From: Candidatus Sumerlaeaceae bacterium
GTDB taxonomy: Bacteria; Sumerlaeota; Sumerlaeia; Sumerlaeales; Sumerlaeaceae
Reading direction: 5' to 3'
Assembly (NCBI GenBank): GCA_051003195.1
Contig: JBPCLP010000009.1
Span: 32,001 to 96,000 of the forward strand
DNA: 64,000 nt
Part shown: positions 1 to 8,730 of the stretch, piece after piece
Numbering within the stretch: position 1 is the stretch's first letter
Layout: the number at the start of each line of letters is the position of its first letter
Translations under genes and position numbers: made by a program
The notes under the pieces: model-generated
Databases searched by the model: none
What the model was told of the DNA's origin: nothing
Seen by the model: the letters and a program-made list of their open reading frames with translations, nothing else

Positions 1-2
1 CC

Positions 3-1994
3 GGCGCTCCCAGGTCAAAAGACGCAGGTGACATCCTGCCGCCCGGCAATGGCTGGCTGCTGGTGGAGTTCGGCGGCGAATCCATCGAAGAAGCCCAGGC
101 CAAGTGCCATAACCTTATGATGGAGCTGGGCTCAGATCCCAAAGCGCCATCGATGAAACTGATGACGGATCCGCAGGAAGAGAAGATGGTGTGGGAGGTG
201 CGTAAATCGGGCCTTGGCGCAACCGCGTTTCTGCCGGGCAACAAAAACACATGGCCCGGCTGGGAAGACGCCGCCGTCCCGCCTGTGCACCTGGGTGAGT
301 ACCTTCGCGAATTCGATACTCTTCGCAAAAAGTACCAGTACGAGTGCGCCATGTACGGCCATTTTGGCGACGGCTGTATTCATATGCGCATCGACTTCGA
401 CCTGACCACACGCGAGGGCATCGACAAGTATCTGCGTTTCATGGAGGATGCCGCTGATCTCGTCGTGAAGTACAAGGGCGCTCTGTCCGGCGAGCACGGT
501 GACGGTCAAACGCGTGCGCACCTGTTGCCGAAAATGTTCGGAGACGAACTGGTGCACGCGTTTCGACTCTTTAAAGGGATCTGGGACCCGACCAACCGGA
601 TGAATCCGGGCAAGGTGGTGGATCCCTATCCGCCCGACAGCAACCTGCGGCTCGGTGTGGGATACAAATCGTGGCGCGGCGACACCGTTTTCAGTTACGC
701 GGAGAGCGACCACAGCTTTGGCCGGGCGTTGCTGCGGTGCGTCGGTGTGGGCAAATGCAGACGCGTTGAAGGTGGGACGATGTGCCCGAGCTTTATGGTT
801 ACTCGCGAGGAAAAACATTCGACGCGCGGTCGCGCACACCTTCTCGCGGACATGCTGACCGGGGATATCATCCAGGATGGATGGAAAAGCGAAGAGGTGA
901 AGGAGAGCCTGGATTTGTGCCTCGCGTGCAAAGGCTGCAAGGCCGACTGCCCGGTCAACGTCGACATGGCGACCTACAAAGCCGAGTTTCTGTACAGGTA
1001 CTACCAGGGGAGACTGCGCCCGATGGGCAGCTATGCAATGGGACTCATCTACTGGTGGGCGCGGCTGTCGAGTATCGCGCCGGGTCTGGTCAATTTCTTC
1101 ACGCAAAACCCGACGATCAGCAAGTTGATGAAGGCCACGACCGGCATCGCACAGCAGCGGCCGATGCCGAAATTTGCGCGAGTGCACTTTAAGAAGTGGT
1201 ACGCGCGAAACAGAAACAAAGGTATTCCGCATTCCGCACTCCGCACTCCGAATTCAATACGGCGTGTCATCCTGTGGTCCGACACGTTTAACAATTACTT
1301 CACCCCGGAGACGTCGCGTGCGGCACTGGAAGTGCTGGAGGCGGCGGGGTTCGAAGTCATCGTGCCGAAGCAGGCGCTGTGCTGTGGACGCCCTCTGTAC
1401 GACCACGGCTTCCTCGGCCTCGCGAAGCGGCTGCTGCGCGAAATCATGACCACGTTGCAGGCTGAAATCGAATCCGGAATTCCGATCGTGGGACTCGAGC
1501 CCAGTTGCGTCGCGGTGTTCCGCGACGAAATCGTCAACCTGTTCGAACACGAGCCACTGGCGCACCAGCTTTCTCAGCAGACGTTCACCCTGGCGGAGTT
1601 CCTGGAAAAGTACGCGCCGGACTGGCAGCCGCCAAAACTTGAAGGGCGTGCGGTACTCCACAGCCATTGCCACCAGAAGAGCGTGCTGACGACAGGAGCG
1701 GACATCACGCTATTGAAGAAGCTGGGGCTGACGGTTGAGACCCCCGACACCGGGTGTTGCGGCATGGCTGGCGCATTCGGGTTTGATGCGCACAACTACG
1801 ACATCTCGGTGGCCATCGGCGAGCGTGTGCTGCTGCCAGCCGCTCGCGAGGCGGCCGCTGATACACTTATTATCACAGACGGGTTCAGTTGTCGGGAACA
1901 GGTTGAGCAACTTACCGACCGCAAACCGCTGCACCTCGCGCAGGTGCTGCAACTCGCGATTGCGCAGAAAGATAACACTGCAGGGCCTGATTGA
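3..1994 (+). CDS. FAD-linked oxidase / Fe-S / CCG-domain oxidoreductase (YdiJ/GlcD-GlcF-like), 5' truncated by window edge
   Basis: Frame open from base 3; GHFGDGCIH and SGEHGDG FAD-oxidase C-terminal motifs; CVGVGKC and CLACKGCKADCP Fe-S motifs; two CCG motifs. Confidence 0.9.
   Translation, partial: GAPRSKDAGDILPPGNGWLLVEFGGESIEEAQAKCHNLMMELGSDPKAPSMKLMTDPQEEKMVWEVRKSGLGATAFLPGNKNTWPGWEDAAVPPVHLGEYLREFDTLRKKYQYECAMYGHFGDGCIHMRIDFDLTTREGIDKYLRFMEDAADLVVKYKGALSGEHGDGQTRAHLLPKMFGDELVHAFRLFKGIWDPTNRMNPGKVVDPYPPDSNLRLGVGYKSWRGDTVFSYAESDHSFGRALLRCVGVGKCRRVEGGTMCPSFMVTREEKHSTRGRAHLLADMLTGDIIQDGWKSEEVKESLDLCLACKGCKADCPVNVDMATYKAEFLYRYYQGRLRPMGSYAMGLIYWWARLSSIAPGLVNFFTQNPTISKLMKATTGIAQQRPMPKFARVHFKKWYARNRNKGIPHSALRTPNSIRRVILWSDTFNNYFTPETSRAALEVLEAAGFEVIVPKQALCCGRPLYDHGFLGLAKRLLREIMTTLQAEIESGIPIVGLEPSCVAVFRDEIVNLFEHEPLAHQLSQQTFTLAEFLEKYAPDWQPPKLEGRAVLHSHCHQKSVLTTGADITLLKKLGLTVETPDTGCCGMAGAFGFDAHNYDISVAIGERVLLPAAREAAADTLIITDGFSCREQVEQLTDRKPLHLAQVLQLAIAQKDNTAGPD
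1224..1258 (+). repeat. Imperfect heptamer tandem repeat A(T/C)TCCGC x4-5 inside the oxidoreductase linker
   Basis: attccgc attccgc actccgc actccga attcaat, translated IPHSALRTPNS. Confidence 0.75.
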
Positions 1995-2037
1995 GCGAAC
2001 CCAGGACGGCGTTCCAGCTTATTGAGTCGGGGGAGTG

Positions 2038-2625
2038 TTAGTGCAACTTGACTGTCTGGCGTAGATTGATTGCGCTAGTGTTTAGCGAACCTGATAGGTA
2101 CCTATAACTATCCAACTGATCTGCGACATAGATGAGCCATAAGGGGGCATCAAAAGAGCGCAGTTGCACTTTACCCGTTATTTCAGCTCGCGTACCATTT
2201 ATTATGAGAGACTGAGATGTCAGCGGACCTAAATACCAAGTGTACCGGTGTTTGCGCGGGAATGAAAGTGAGGCTCTCACGTAGCCCTTCCAGTTGTCTT
2301 CGCAACCTCTGGCATGGCCCCACGGCCAGCTTATAGAAGTTGTAGCACCGTCAGAACTCGAAACCTGTACCGTCGTGAAGTCCGCGTCGATGTTATAATT
2401 TGGATTAAAACAACTGACTTGCACGTGGAGTGGGAGCCTGCCCATCGCGTCCAGTTCGCCGATCTCCGCCTTTAAAGATGCCGGGGGGCAAAGTGCTGGA
2501 AGGACCAGCACGTATAAGAGTAAGATTATGAAAATGCCTGCGCCGACGATGCCCCAAATCGGGCGGCGCCGCTTACGATCATTATTGTTCTCATCGGGTT
2601 TGCCAGATGGTGATGCCGCGCTCAT
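2038..2625 (-). CDS. Hypothetical membrane-anchored protein
   Basis: 195-aa ORF; basic stretch followed by one N-terminal hydrophobic helix; directly downstream of the toxin gene. Confidence 0.6.
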   Translation of the reverse strand: MSAASPSGKPDENNNDRKRRRPIWGIVGAGIFIILLLYVLVLPALCPPASLKAEIGELDAMGRLPLHVQVSCFNPNYNIDADFTTVQVSSSDGATTSISWPWGHARGCEDNWKGYVRASLSFPRKHRYTWYLGPLTSQSLIINGTRAEITGKVQLRSFDAPLWLIYVADQLDSYRYLSGSLNTSAINLRQTVKLH

Positions 2626-2634
2626 CGGTAATCT

Positions 2635-2889
2635 TTAACGATAAATGTCACGCCGATGGCCAATCGCGACGACGAGCACCTCAAGTTGCTGGTCAACGAT
2701 TTCGTAAATCACCCGGTAGTTACCTACTCTAATTCGCCAGGCTGGTCGGCCGGAGAGCTTAACTGCGCCCGGCGGGCGTGGATCATCAGCTAAAGCCCGT
2801 ATTGCATCGATGATTTTACTTCTGTCACTATCTGGGAGTGCTGCGAGTGACTTCTGCGCAGCACGCAGTATTTGGACAGTGTACTTCAC
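2635..2889 (-). CDS. relE: Type II toxin, RelE/ParE family
   Basis: 84 aa; LADDPRPPGAVKL...WRIRVGNYRVIYEI...VVAIGHRRDIYR is a typical RelE signature. Confidence 0.9.
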   Translation of the reverse strand: MKYTVQILRAAQKSLAALPDSDRSKIIDAIRALADDPRPPGAVKLSGRPAWRIRVGNYRVIYEIVDQQLEVLVVAIGHRRDIYR

Positions 2890-2900
2890 ATGGAGGGATT

Positions 2901-3089
2901 CTACTTTAATTCCTGAAGCGCCTGCTCAAAAGGAAGTGCCTCTCCACGTTCCTGGACGGCGGCGTCATATAGTCGGATATCTTCCAGTTCGTCGAGCGCC
3001 TCAACTACAGACTCCCACTCGGCCAGCGGTAAAATTACGGCTTTGCGGTTCTGGTTCTCGTCTACCACATATTCTGGATGCAGCGTCAT
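2901..3089 (-). CDS. Acidic antitoxin partner of RelE
   Basis: 62 aa from ATG 3089 with GGAGG upstream; YVVDENQNRKAVILP...LDELEDIRLYD; immediately upstream of the toxin. Confidence 0.8.
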   Translation of the reverse strand: MTLHPEYVVDENQNRKAVILPLAEWESVVEALDELEDIRLYDAAVQERGEALPFEQALQELK

Positions 3090-3272
3090 CGGCGAATCCT
3101 CCGATCGGAAGATACGGAGGAAGTGCGTATGCATTCAGGTACGCTGCGGCCACCTACTACCTGACCGCTATAGCCTGCATTTTAAGAGGCTGTACTGCTC
3201 TCGGATTGCGTGGTGTGGTTGCGAAGCTTTCACTGCTTCCCTGTTGTTCATAAAGCACCACTTCTGTGGCGC

Positions 3273-3300
3273 TTGCGCGTTACTCAACCCGTGTTAAAAT
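3273..3300 (+). promoter_or_regulatory. Putative sigma70 promoter (extended -10) for ppdK
   Basis: TTGCGC-16 nt-TAAAAT with TG one base before the -10 box. Confidence 0.35.
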
Positions 3301-3480
3301 TCCTAATTGACACACTTACAGTGCCTCCCGGACGTTCACGCGTTGGCTGCTGTTCGATGCAATCAAACCAGCGCATGCGCGGAAATAATTTCGCGCAACC
3401 AGCGTGCAGCCGGTGGGCGAAAATAAAATAAAACGGACAGCGCAAAACGCGCTGGTCCGGAATGCAGAAGGAGTACGTAA

Positions 3481-6400
3481 ATGGCGAAGAAGTATGTTTA
3501 CTTCTTTGGTGGGGGCAGCAGCGAAGGCACTGGCAGCCAGAAAGAACTACTGGGCGGCAAAGGCGCGAATCTTTGCGAGATGGCGCGCATGGGAATCCCG
3601 GTCCCATCGGGGTTTGTTATTTCCACGGAGGTCTGCACCGACTATTATGCGAACGGGCGCAAACTGCCCGCAACGCTCGAGAAGGAAGTGCGCGACCACA
3701 TGGGACGCACCGAGAAGGTAATGGGTGGCAAGTTCGGCGACGCGAAGAATCCGCTGCTGGTATCGGTTCGCTCCGGTGCGCGTATCTCGATGCCGGGCAT
3801 GATGGAGACGGTTTTGAACCTCGGCCTGAACGAACGCACACTGCAGGGGATTATTGCGAAAACGAACAACCCGCGTTTTGCGTGGGACCTGTATCGGCGT
3901 TTCGTGCAGATGTATGCGGCGGTCGTCATGGAAATCGATAACGAGCATTTTAATCGCCGCATGGACACCATGAAGCACGACAAGGGGATCAAGCTCGATA
4001 CGGAGCTAACCGCAGAAGATCTGCAAGAGCTGACCTCACGCTATAAGGAAATCTACAAGGAGCAGGTAGGATCCAACTTTCCGGATGAGCCGTGGCAGCA
4101 ACTCTACGGTGCGATTGGTGCGGTGTTCAACAGCTGGATGAAAAAGAAAGCACGCGATTACCGCCGTATCTATAATGTGCCGGAATGGTGGGGAACGGCG
4201 GTCAACGTGCAATCGATGGTGTATGGCAACATGGGCGACGACTGCGCCACGGGCGTGGCATTTACCCGCAGCCCAGCCAATGGCGATAACCACTTCTACG
4301 GCGAGTATCTGAAAAACGCGCAGGGTGAGGACGTCGTTGCCGGTATCCGCACTCCGCAGCCGATCAACGAAGCGAGCCGTAATCCCGGCGACACGGGCAG
4401 TTCAACTCTCGAGCAGGAAATGCCAAAGGCGTATGCTGAACTGGTCGGCATTTACAAGCGGCTGGAGAAGCACTATAAAGACATGCAGGACATTGAGTTC
4501 ACGATCCAGAATGACAAGCTGTGGATGCTGCAGACGCGAAACGGCAAACGGACCGCACCGGCCGCAGTCAAAATCGCGGTCGACCTGGTGCACGAAAAGC
4601 TTATCGATAAACGCACGGCGGTGATGCGCGTTGATCCAGATCAGCTCGACGAACTGCTGCACCCCATGTTCGACCCGACGGCCAAGAAGACGAAGATCGC
4701 GAAGGGAATTGCCGCCAGTCCCGGCGCTGCGGTTGGAAAGGCGGTCTTCACGGCGGAAGACGCGGAAGCTGCCAAGGCACGCGGCGAGAAGGTGATCCTT
4801 GTGCGCCTGGAAACGAGCCCGGAAGACGTCGCCGGCATGCACGCAGCGCAGGGCATCCTGACGGCTCGCGGGGGCAAAACAAGCCACGCAGCCGTGGTTG
4901 CGCGCGGTATGGGCAAAAGCTGTGTGTGTGGTGCGGGCGACATCCACATAGACGAACATGGCAAGAGCTTCTCGGTTACCAAGGGAGACGGCCGGCTCAC
5001 GATTAACGAGGGCGACTACCTCTCCATCGACGGCACCAAGGGTGAAGTGTATCCGGGGCAGGTAACGCTTATGGATTCCGAGATACTGCAGGTGCTCAAG
5101 GGAGACCTTACCCAAGCAGAATCAGCGATCTACCGATACTATGAAGAGTTCATGACATGGGCGGACCAGGCTCGTCGGCTGCGTGTTCGCACAAACGCGG
5201 ACACTCCGGAAGACAGCCGCGTGGCACGCCAGTTCGGCGCGGAGGGCATTGGGCTGTGTCGTACCGAGCACATGTTCTTCGAAACCGAGCGCATCCTGCA
5301 CATCCGCCAGATGATCGTTTCCGATACGCAGGAGCAGCGGAAAACGGCCTTATCCAAACTGATTAAGTACCAGCGCGAGGACTTCATCGGCATATTCCGG
5401 GAGATGGCTGGACTGCCGGTTACCATCCGATTGCTGGACCCACCGCTGCATGAATTTCTGCCGCACGGCGAGATTGGGATTCGCGATCTCGCGAAAGATC
5501 TGAAGGTCGATGTCGAATTGCTGCATCGTAAAGTTACACAGTTGCACGAACTGAACCCGATGCTTGGTCACCGCGGATGCCGTCTTGGAATAGTGTTCCC
5601 CGAGATAACCGAAATGCAATCGCGCGCAATTTTTGAAGCGGCTGCGCAGTTGAAAAAAGAGGGCGTCAACGTGGTGCCGGAAGTTATGGTTCCGCTGGTG
5701 GGTACAACCGAAGAATTGCGAAATCAGCGTGCAGTTATCGATGGTGTCGCGCGCGAAGTGATGCAGGAGCAGGGAGTAAAGTTCAAGTACCTGGTCGGGA
5801 CGATGATTGAGGTGCCCCGCGCCGCGCTTGTGGCGGGCGACATTGCAACCGAAGCAGATTTCTTCAGCTTCGGCACGAACGACCTGACGCAGATGACGTT
5901 CGGTTACTCACGCGATGACGCAGGAAAATTTCTTCCGTTCTACGTGGAAAACCGCGTCCTGCCTGGAGATCCGTTCCAGTCGCTGGATACAGAAGGCGTG
6001 GGAAAATTGATGGAGATTGCTGTCGAGTCGGGACGTAAAACACGTGACGGACTCAAGTGCGGCATCTGCGGAGAGCACGGAGGCGATCCAAAATCAGTTC
6101 GCTTCTGTCATCAAGTAAAGCTGGACTACGTCTCCTGCAGTCCATACCGAGTTCCTATTGCAAGGCTTGCTGCCGCGCAAGCAAGTGTAGCAGAGGTTAG
6201 TAGTGGAGGTAAAGCCGTGGCGACCGTTAAGGAAGCCGCGAGCAAATTTAAGGAGGTAGTCGTGAAGAAAATCACGGTGAAGAAGCTCGTTACCGCTGCT
6301 AAGAAGGCTGTCGCCCCGAAGAAGAAGGCGTCTTCGTCCGCGAAGAAGTCTTCATCCGCCAAGAAGGCAGCCCCTAAGAAGAAGGCTGCAGCAAAGAAAC

Positions 6401-6519
6401 CAGCGAAGAAGGCCGCCGCAAAGAAACCGGCAGCAAAGAAAGCTGCAGCAAAAAAACCCGCCGCTAAGAAGTCGGCAGCGAAAAAACCTGCAGCCAAGAA
6501 GGCTGCCAAGAAGAAGTAA
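3481..6519 (+). CDS. ppdK: Pyruvate, phosphate dikinase with Lys/Ala-rich C-terminal tail
   Basis: LLGGKGANL, VSVRSGA, GGKTSHAAVVARG (phospho-His), GIGLCRTEHMF, SFGTNDLTQ, GICGEHGG; AAGGAG RBS. Confidence 0.97.
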   Translation: MAKKYVYFFGGGSSEGTGSQKELLGGKGANLCEMARMGIPVPSGFVISTEVCTDYYANGRKLPATLEKEVRDHMGRTEKVMGGKFGDAKNPLLVSVRSGARISMPGMMETVLNLGLNERTLQGIIAKTNNPRFAWDLYRRFVQMYAAVVMEIDNEHFNRRMDTMKHDKGIKLDTELTAEDLQELTSRYKEIYKEQVGSNFPDEPWQQLYGAIGAVFNSWMKKKARDYRRIYNVPEWWGTAVNVQSMVYGNMGDDCATGVAFTRSPANGDNHFYGEYLKNAQGEDVVAGIRTPQPINEASRNPGDTGSSTLEQEMPKAYAELVGIYKRLEKHYKDMQDIEFTIQNDKLWMLQTRNGKRTAPAAVKIAVDLVHEKLIDKRTAVMRVDPDQLDELLHPMFDPTAKKTKIAKGIAASPGAAVGKAVFTAEDAEAAKARGEKVILVRLETSPEDVAGMHAAQGILTARGGKTSHAAVVARGMGKSCVCGAGDIHIDEHGKSFSVTKGDGRLTINEGDYLSIDGTKGEVYPGQVTLMDSEILQVLKGDLTQAESAIYRYYEEFMTWADQARRLRVRTNADTPEDSRVARQFGAEGIGLCRTEHMFFETERILHIRQMIVSDTQEQRKTALSKLIKYQREDFIGIFREMAGLPVTIRLLDPPLHEFLPHGEIGIRDLAKDLKVDVELLHRKVTQLHELNPMLGHRGCRLGIVFPEITEMQSRAIFEAAAQLKKEGVNVVPEVMVPLVGTTEELRNQRAVIDGVAREVMQEQGVKFKYLVGTMIEVPRAALVAGDIATEADFFSFGTNDLTQMTFGYSRDDAGKFLPFYVENRVLPGDPFQSLDTEGVGKLMEIAVESGRKTRDGLKCGICGEHGGDPKSVRFCHQVKLDYVSCSPYRVPIARLAAAQASVAEVSSGGKAVATVKEAASKFKEVVVKKITVKKLVTAAKKAVAPKKKASSSAKKSSSAKKAAPKKKAAAKKPAKKAAAKKPAAKKAAAKKPAAKKSAAKKPAAKKAAKKK

Positions 6520-6569
6520 ATCTTCCGGGCGGGGCACGGCCCGCTCGCTGTAATCAGGAAGAGAATCGA

Positions 6570-6605
6570 CGCCCCGGGGTTCGTCCCCGGGGCGGTTTCT
6601 TTTTT
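6570..6605 (+). terminator. Rho-independent terminator after ppdK
   Basis: cgccccgggg-ttcgt-ccccggggcg stem followed by gtttctttttt. Confidence 0.85.
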
Positions 6606-6661
6606 AGTGGGGCCGGCAGGGGGCATTCAGGACCGGGCTTGCAAAAGCCCATCCTATTCGA

Positions 6662-6960
6662 AAGACTTAAGGATGAAGAGAAGAGCGAGGAGCGAAGGCC
6701 GAAGAGCGAAATCAAGCTGGCTAGCTGCTACTCCGGCCCGCCGAAGAGCGAAATCGGATGGCTGCTACTCCGGCTTCAGTTCGGGATTCTATTTGTAAGA
6801 CTTAAGGATGAAGAGAAGGGCGAGGAGCGAAGGCCGAAGAGCGAAATCAAATGGGATAGATGCTACTCCGGCCTCAGTTCGGGATTCTATTTTTAAGACT
6901 TAAGGATGAAGAGAAGAGCGAGGAGCGAAGGCCGAAGAGCGAAATCGGATGGGATAAATG
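6662..6960. repeat. Three tandem copies of a 52-bp heptamer-periodic block (6662, 6797, 6895), each next to a copy of the last codons of the four-helix-bundle gene; fourth copy at 7567
   Basis: aagacttaaggatgaagagaagagcgaggagcgaaggccgaagagcgaaatc near-identical at 6662-6713, 6797-6848, 6895-6946, 7567-7618; ctactccgg (stop-Glu-Pro on minus strand) at 6728, 6765, 6863, 6961. Confidence 0.95.
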
Positions 6961-7449
6961 CTACTCCGGGCGCAGTTCAAAAAAGACTTTGAGGTTTTCA
7001 TCGTAGTCCGGCTCTCCGTAGTGTGCGTCCGCTTCGCGGATGTGCTGTGCTTTGTCAGGTGAGCGTTTTGTCGGCTGCACCTTCTTATAAATTGCGGTGA
7101 GTATCGCGACCAACTCGTTACTCTCAATGACCAGTGGGCGCAGTCGCATTTCTGCAACAAGTCCGGTTGCGATCAAAAGGCGCAACCAGTAGAGCGTTTC
7201 CCGAGCTTCCTTACGGGCGATACCAATCTTTGCGGCGAAATCAGCCTGGCTCTGGCTTCCATAGGCCTCTTCTACATTTGCTCCGATCGAGGTGGCAGAT
7301 CGAAGCATTTGCTTAACCAGGGGCTGCGCAAGCCGCCCCGCTTGTTCCAACTCTATGCAAAGCTTAACGATGGTCACGGCAAAGTCAAATGTCCGATCGC
7401 GAATCGGTGGCGGCCCTGTTTTTTTCTGAACTTCGTATGGTTTTGTCAT
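6961..7449 (-). CDS. Four helix bundle protein (23S rRNA IVP / TIGR02436-like)
   Basis: RTFDFAV...QMLRSATSIGANVEEA..SQSQADFAAKIGIARKEARETLYWLRLL family signature. Confidence 0.92.
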   Translation of the reverse strand: MTKPYEVQKKTGPPPIRDRTFDFAVTIVKLCIELEQAGRLAQPLVKQMLRSATSIGANVEEAYGSQSQADFAAKIGIARKEARETLYWLRLLIATGLVAEMRLRPLVIESNELVAILTAIYKKVQPTKRSPDKAQHIREADAHYGEPDYDENLKVFFELRPE

Positions 7450-7539
7450 TTCGCCCTTCTGTGCGAATACATTTCGCTCTTCGGCCTTCGGCCTTCACTT
7501 TCAATTTGAAACTTTATGATTCGAACTCGTACGATCACG

Positions 7540-7877
7540 GGGCTTGCAAAAACCCCTCCTATTCGAAAGACTTAAGGATGAAGAGAAGAGCGAGGAGCGA
7601 AGGCCGAAGAGCGAAATCGGATAGCTCCTACTCCTGCCGGGCGATACCATCTTTGCGGCGAAATCAGCCTGGCTCTGGCTTCCATAGGCCTTTTCTACAT
7701 TTGCCCCGATCGAGGTGGCAGACCAGAAGCATTTGCTGAACCAGGGTCTGCGCAAGCCGCCCCGCTTTCGTTCTTCTGTGCGAATGCATTTCGCTCTTCG
7801 GACTTCGCTCTTCGGCCTTCGGACTCGCTCTTCGGCCTTCGCTCTTCACTTTCAATTCCATACTTTAAGCTTCGAAC
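7540..7877 (-). pseudogene. Internally deleted duplicate of the four-helix-bundle cassette (both repeat arms plus a ~130-bp gene fragment)
   Basis: 7637-7766 matches 7214-7343 with a few substitutions and indels; flanks duplicate 6635-6713 and 7456-7526; heptamer count expanded in the right arm. Confidence 0.9.
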
Positions 7878-7903
7878 CAGTGTGGTCTATCGTTAGTTCG
7901 TGA
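7877..7903 (+). repeat. Isolated left end of the ~100-bp hairpin repeat family
   Basis: ccagtgtggtctatcgttagttcgt matches ctagtgtggtctaccgttagttcgt at 18670. Confidence 0.8.
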
Positions 7904-7935
7904 CAAGCGGCAGGCCGCGAAAGCTGATTGCCTGC

Positions 7936-8730
7936 ATGCCACGCCTCCCGCATTTCATCTGTTTGTGCCTTCTGTCAATCGGCGGATTGCTTGTAATAAG
8001 CGCCTGTTCGGAGACAGGCGCCAGAAAAGACACGATTCGATGGGGGGCGGATGAGGCCGGCGGTGCGCCGTTCGAGTTTCGGGACCCAAAAGATCCATCA
8101 AAGCGCGTTGGCTTTGAGGTCGAAATCTCCGACGAAATCGGCCGGCGTACCGGAAAGAAAATTGAGTTTGTACAGGCGCAGTGGGACACGCTGATCCCGG
8201 CGCTGAAGCGCGGCGACTTCGATATGGCCATGTCTGGCATTGAGATCACCGATGAGCGCAAAGCCGAGGCGGATTTCACGCAGCCTTACTATGTGTACAC
8301 GCAGCAGCTTGTAGTGCGCGCCGAGCAGACCAGTGTGACAACGCTGGAAGATTTGAAAGGCCGCGCGGTGGGAACTCTGGCGGCGTGCGCCGCGGAGCGG
8401 GTTCTGCAGAATACGCCTGGAATCGAAGTAAAAAGCTACGATGACAATGTGCGCCCTTATGACGACCTTGCCATCGGGCGTATCGACGGCGTTCTACTGG
8501 ATTTGTGCATCGCCAGCTATTACGCCAAGCCGAACACAAAGCTGCGTTTTGCAGGCGAGCCGTTTGCACCGGGCCATTACGGAATTGCGGTCCGCAAAGA
8601 AGACGTGGAATTGCGCAGGCAAATCGATGACGCTTTGTCCGGGATGAAAAAAGATGGAACACTGGAAAGAATCTACAGGAAGTGGGAGCTTTGGAATGAC
8701 GCCCAGGCGCCTATCTTCAAGCCCTTTTGA
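7936..8730 (+). CDS. Polar amino acid ABC transporter substrate-binding lipoprotein
   Basis: Lipobox-like ISAC; GFEVEI, WDTLIPALKRGDFD, SGIEITDER, FTQPYY motifs; start uncertain (7900 or 7936). Confidence 0.9.
   Translation: MPRLPHFICLCLLSIGGLLVISACSETGARKDTIRWGADEAGGAPFEFRDPKDPSKRVGFEVEISDEIGRRTGKKIEFVQAQWDTLIPALKRGDFDMAMSGIEITDERKAEADFTQPYYVYTQQLVVRAEQTSVTTLEDLKGRAVGTLAACAAERVLQNTPGIEVKSYDDNVRPYDDLAIGRIDGVLLDLCIASYYAKPNTKLRFAGEPFAPGHYGIAVRKEDVELRRQIDDALSGMKKDGTLERIYRKWELWNDAQAPIFKPF

Noticed and set aside
6662..6960. CRISPR array
   Set aside because: Repeats are 52 bp with internal 7-nt periodicity, the intervening segments resemble each other and the gene end rather than being unique spacers, and no cas genes are present.
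7214..7766. Diversity-generating retroelement (Avd-like gene with a TR/VR-like pair, 7214-7343 vs 7637-7766)
   Set aside because: No reverse transcriptase in the window. Mismatches run in both directions and include indels rather than one-way A-to-N changes, and the repeat lies within the four-helix gene itself.
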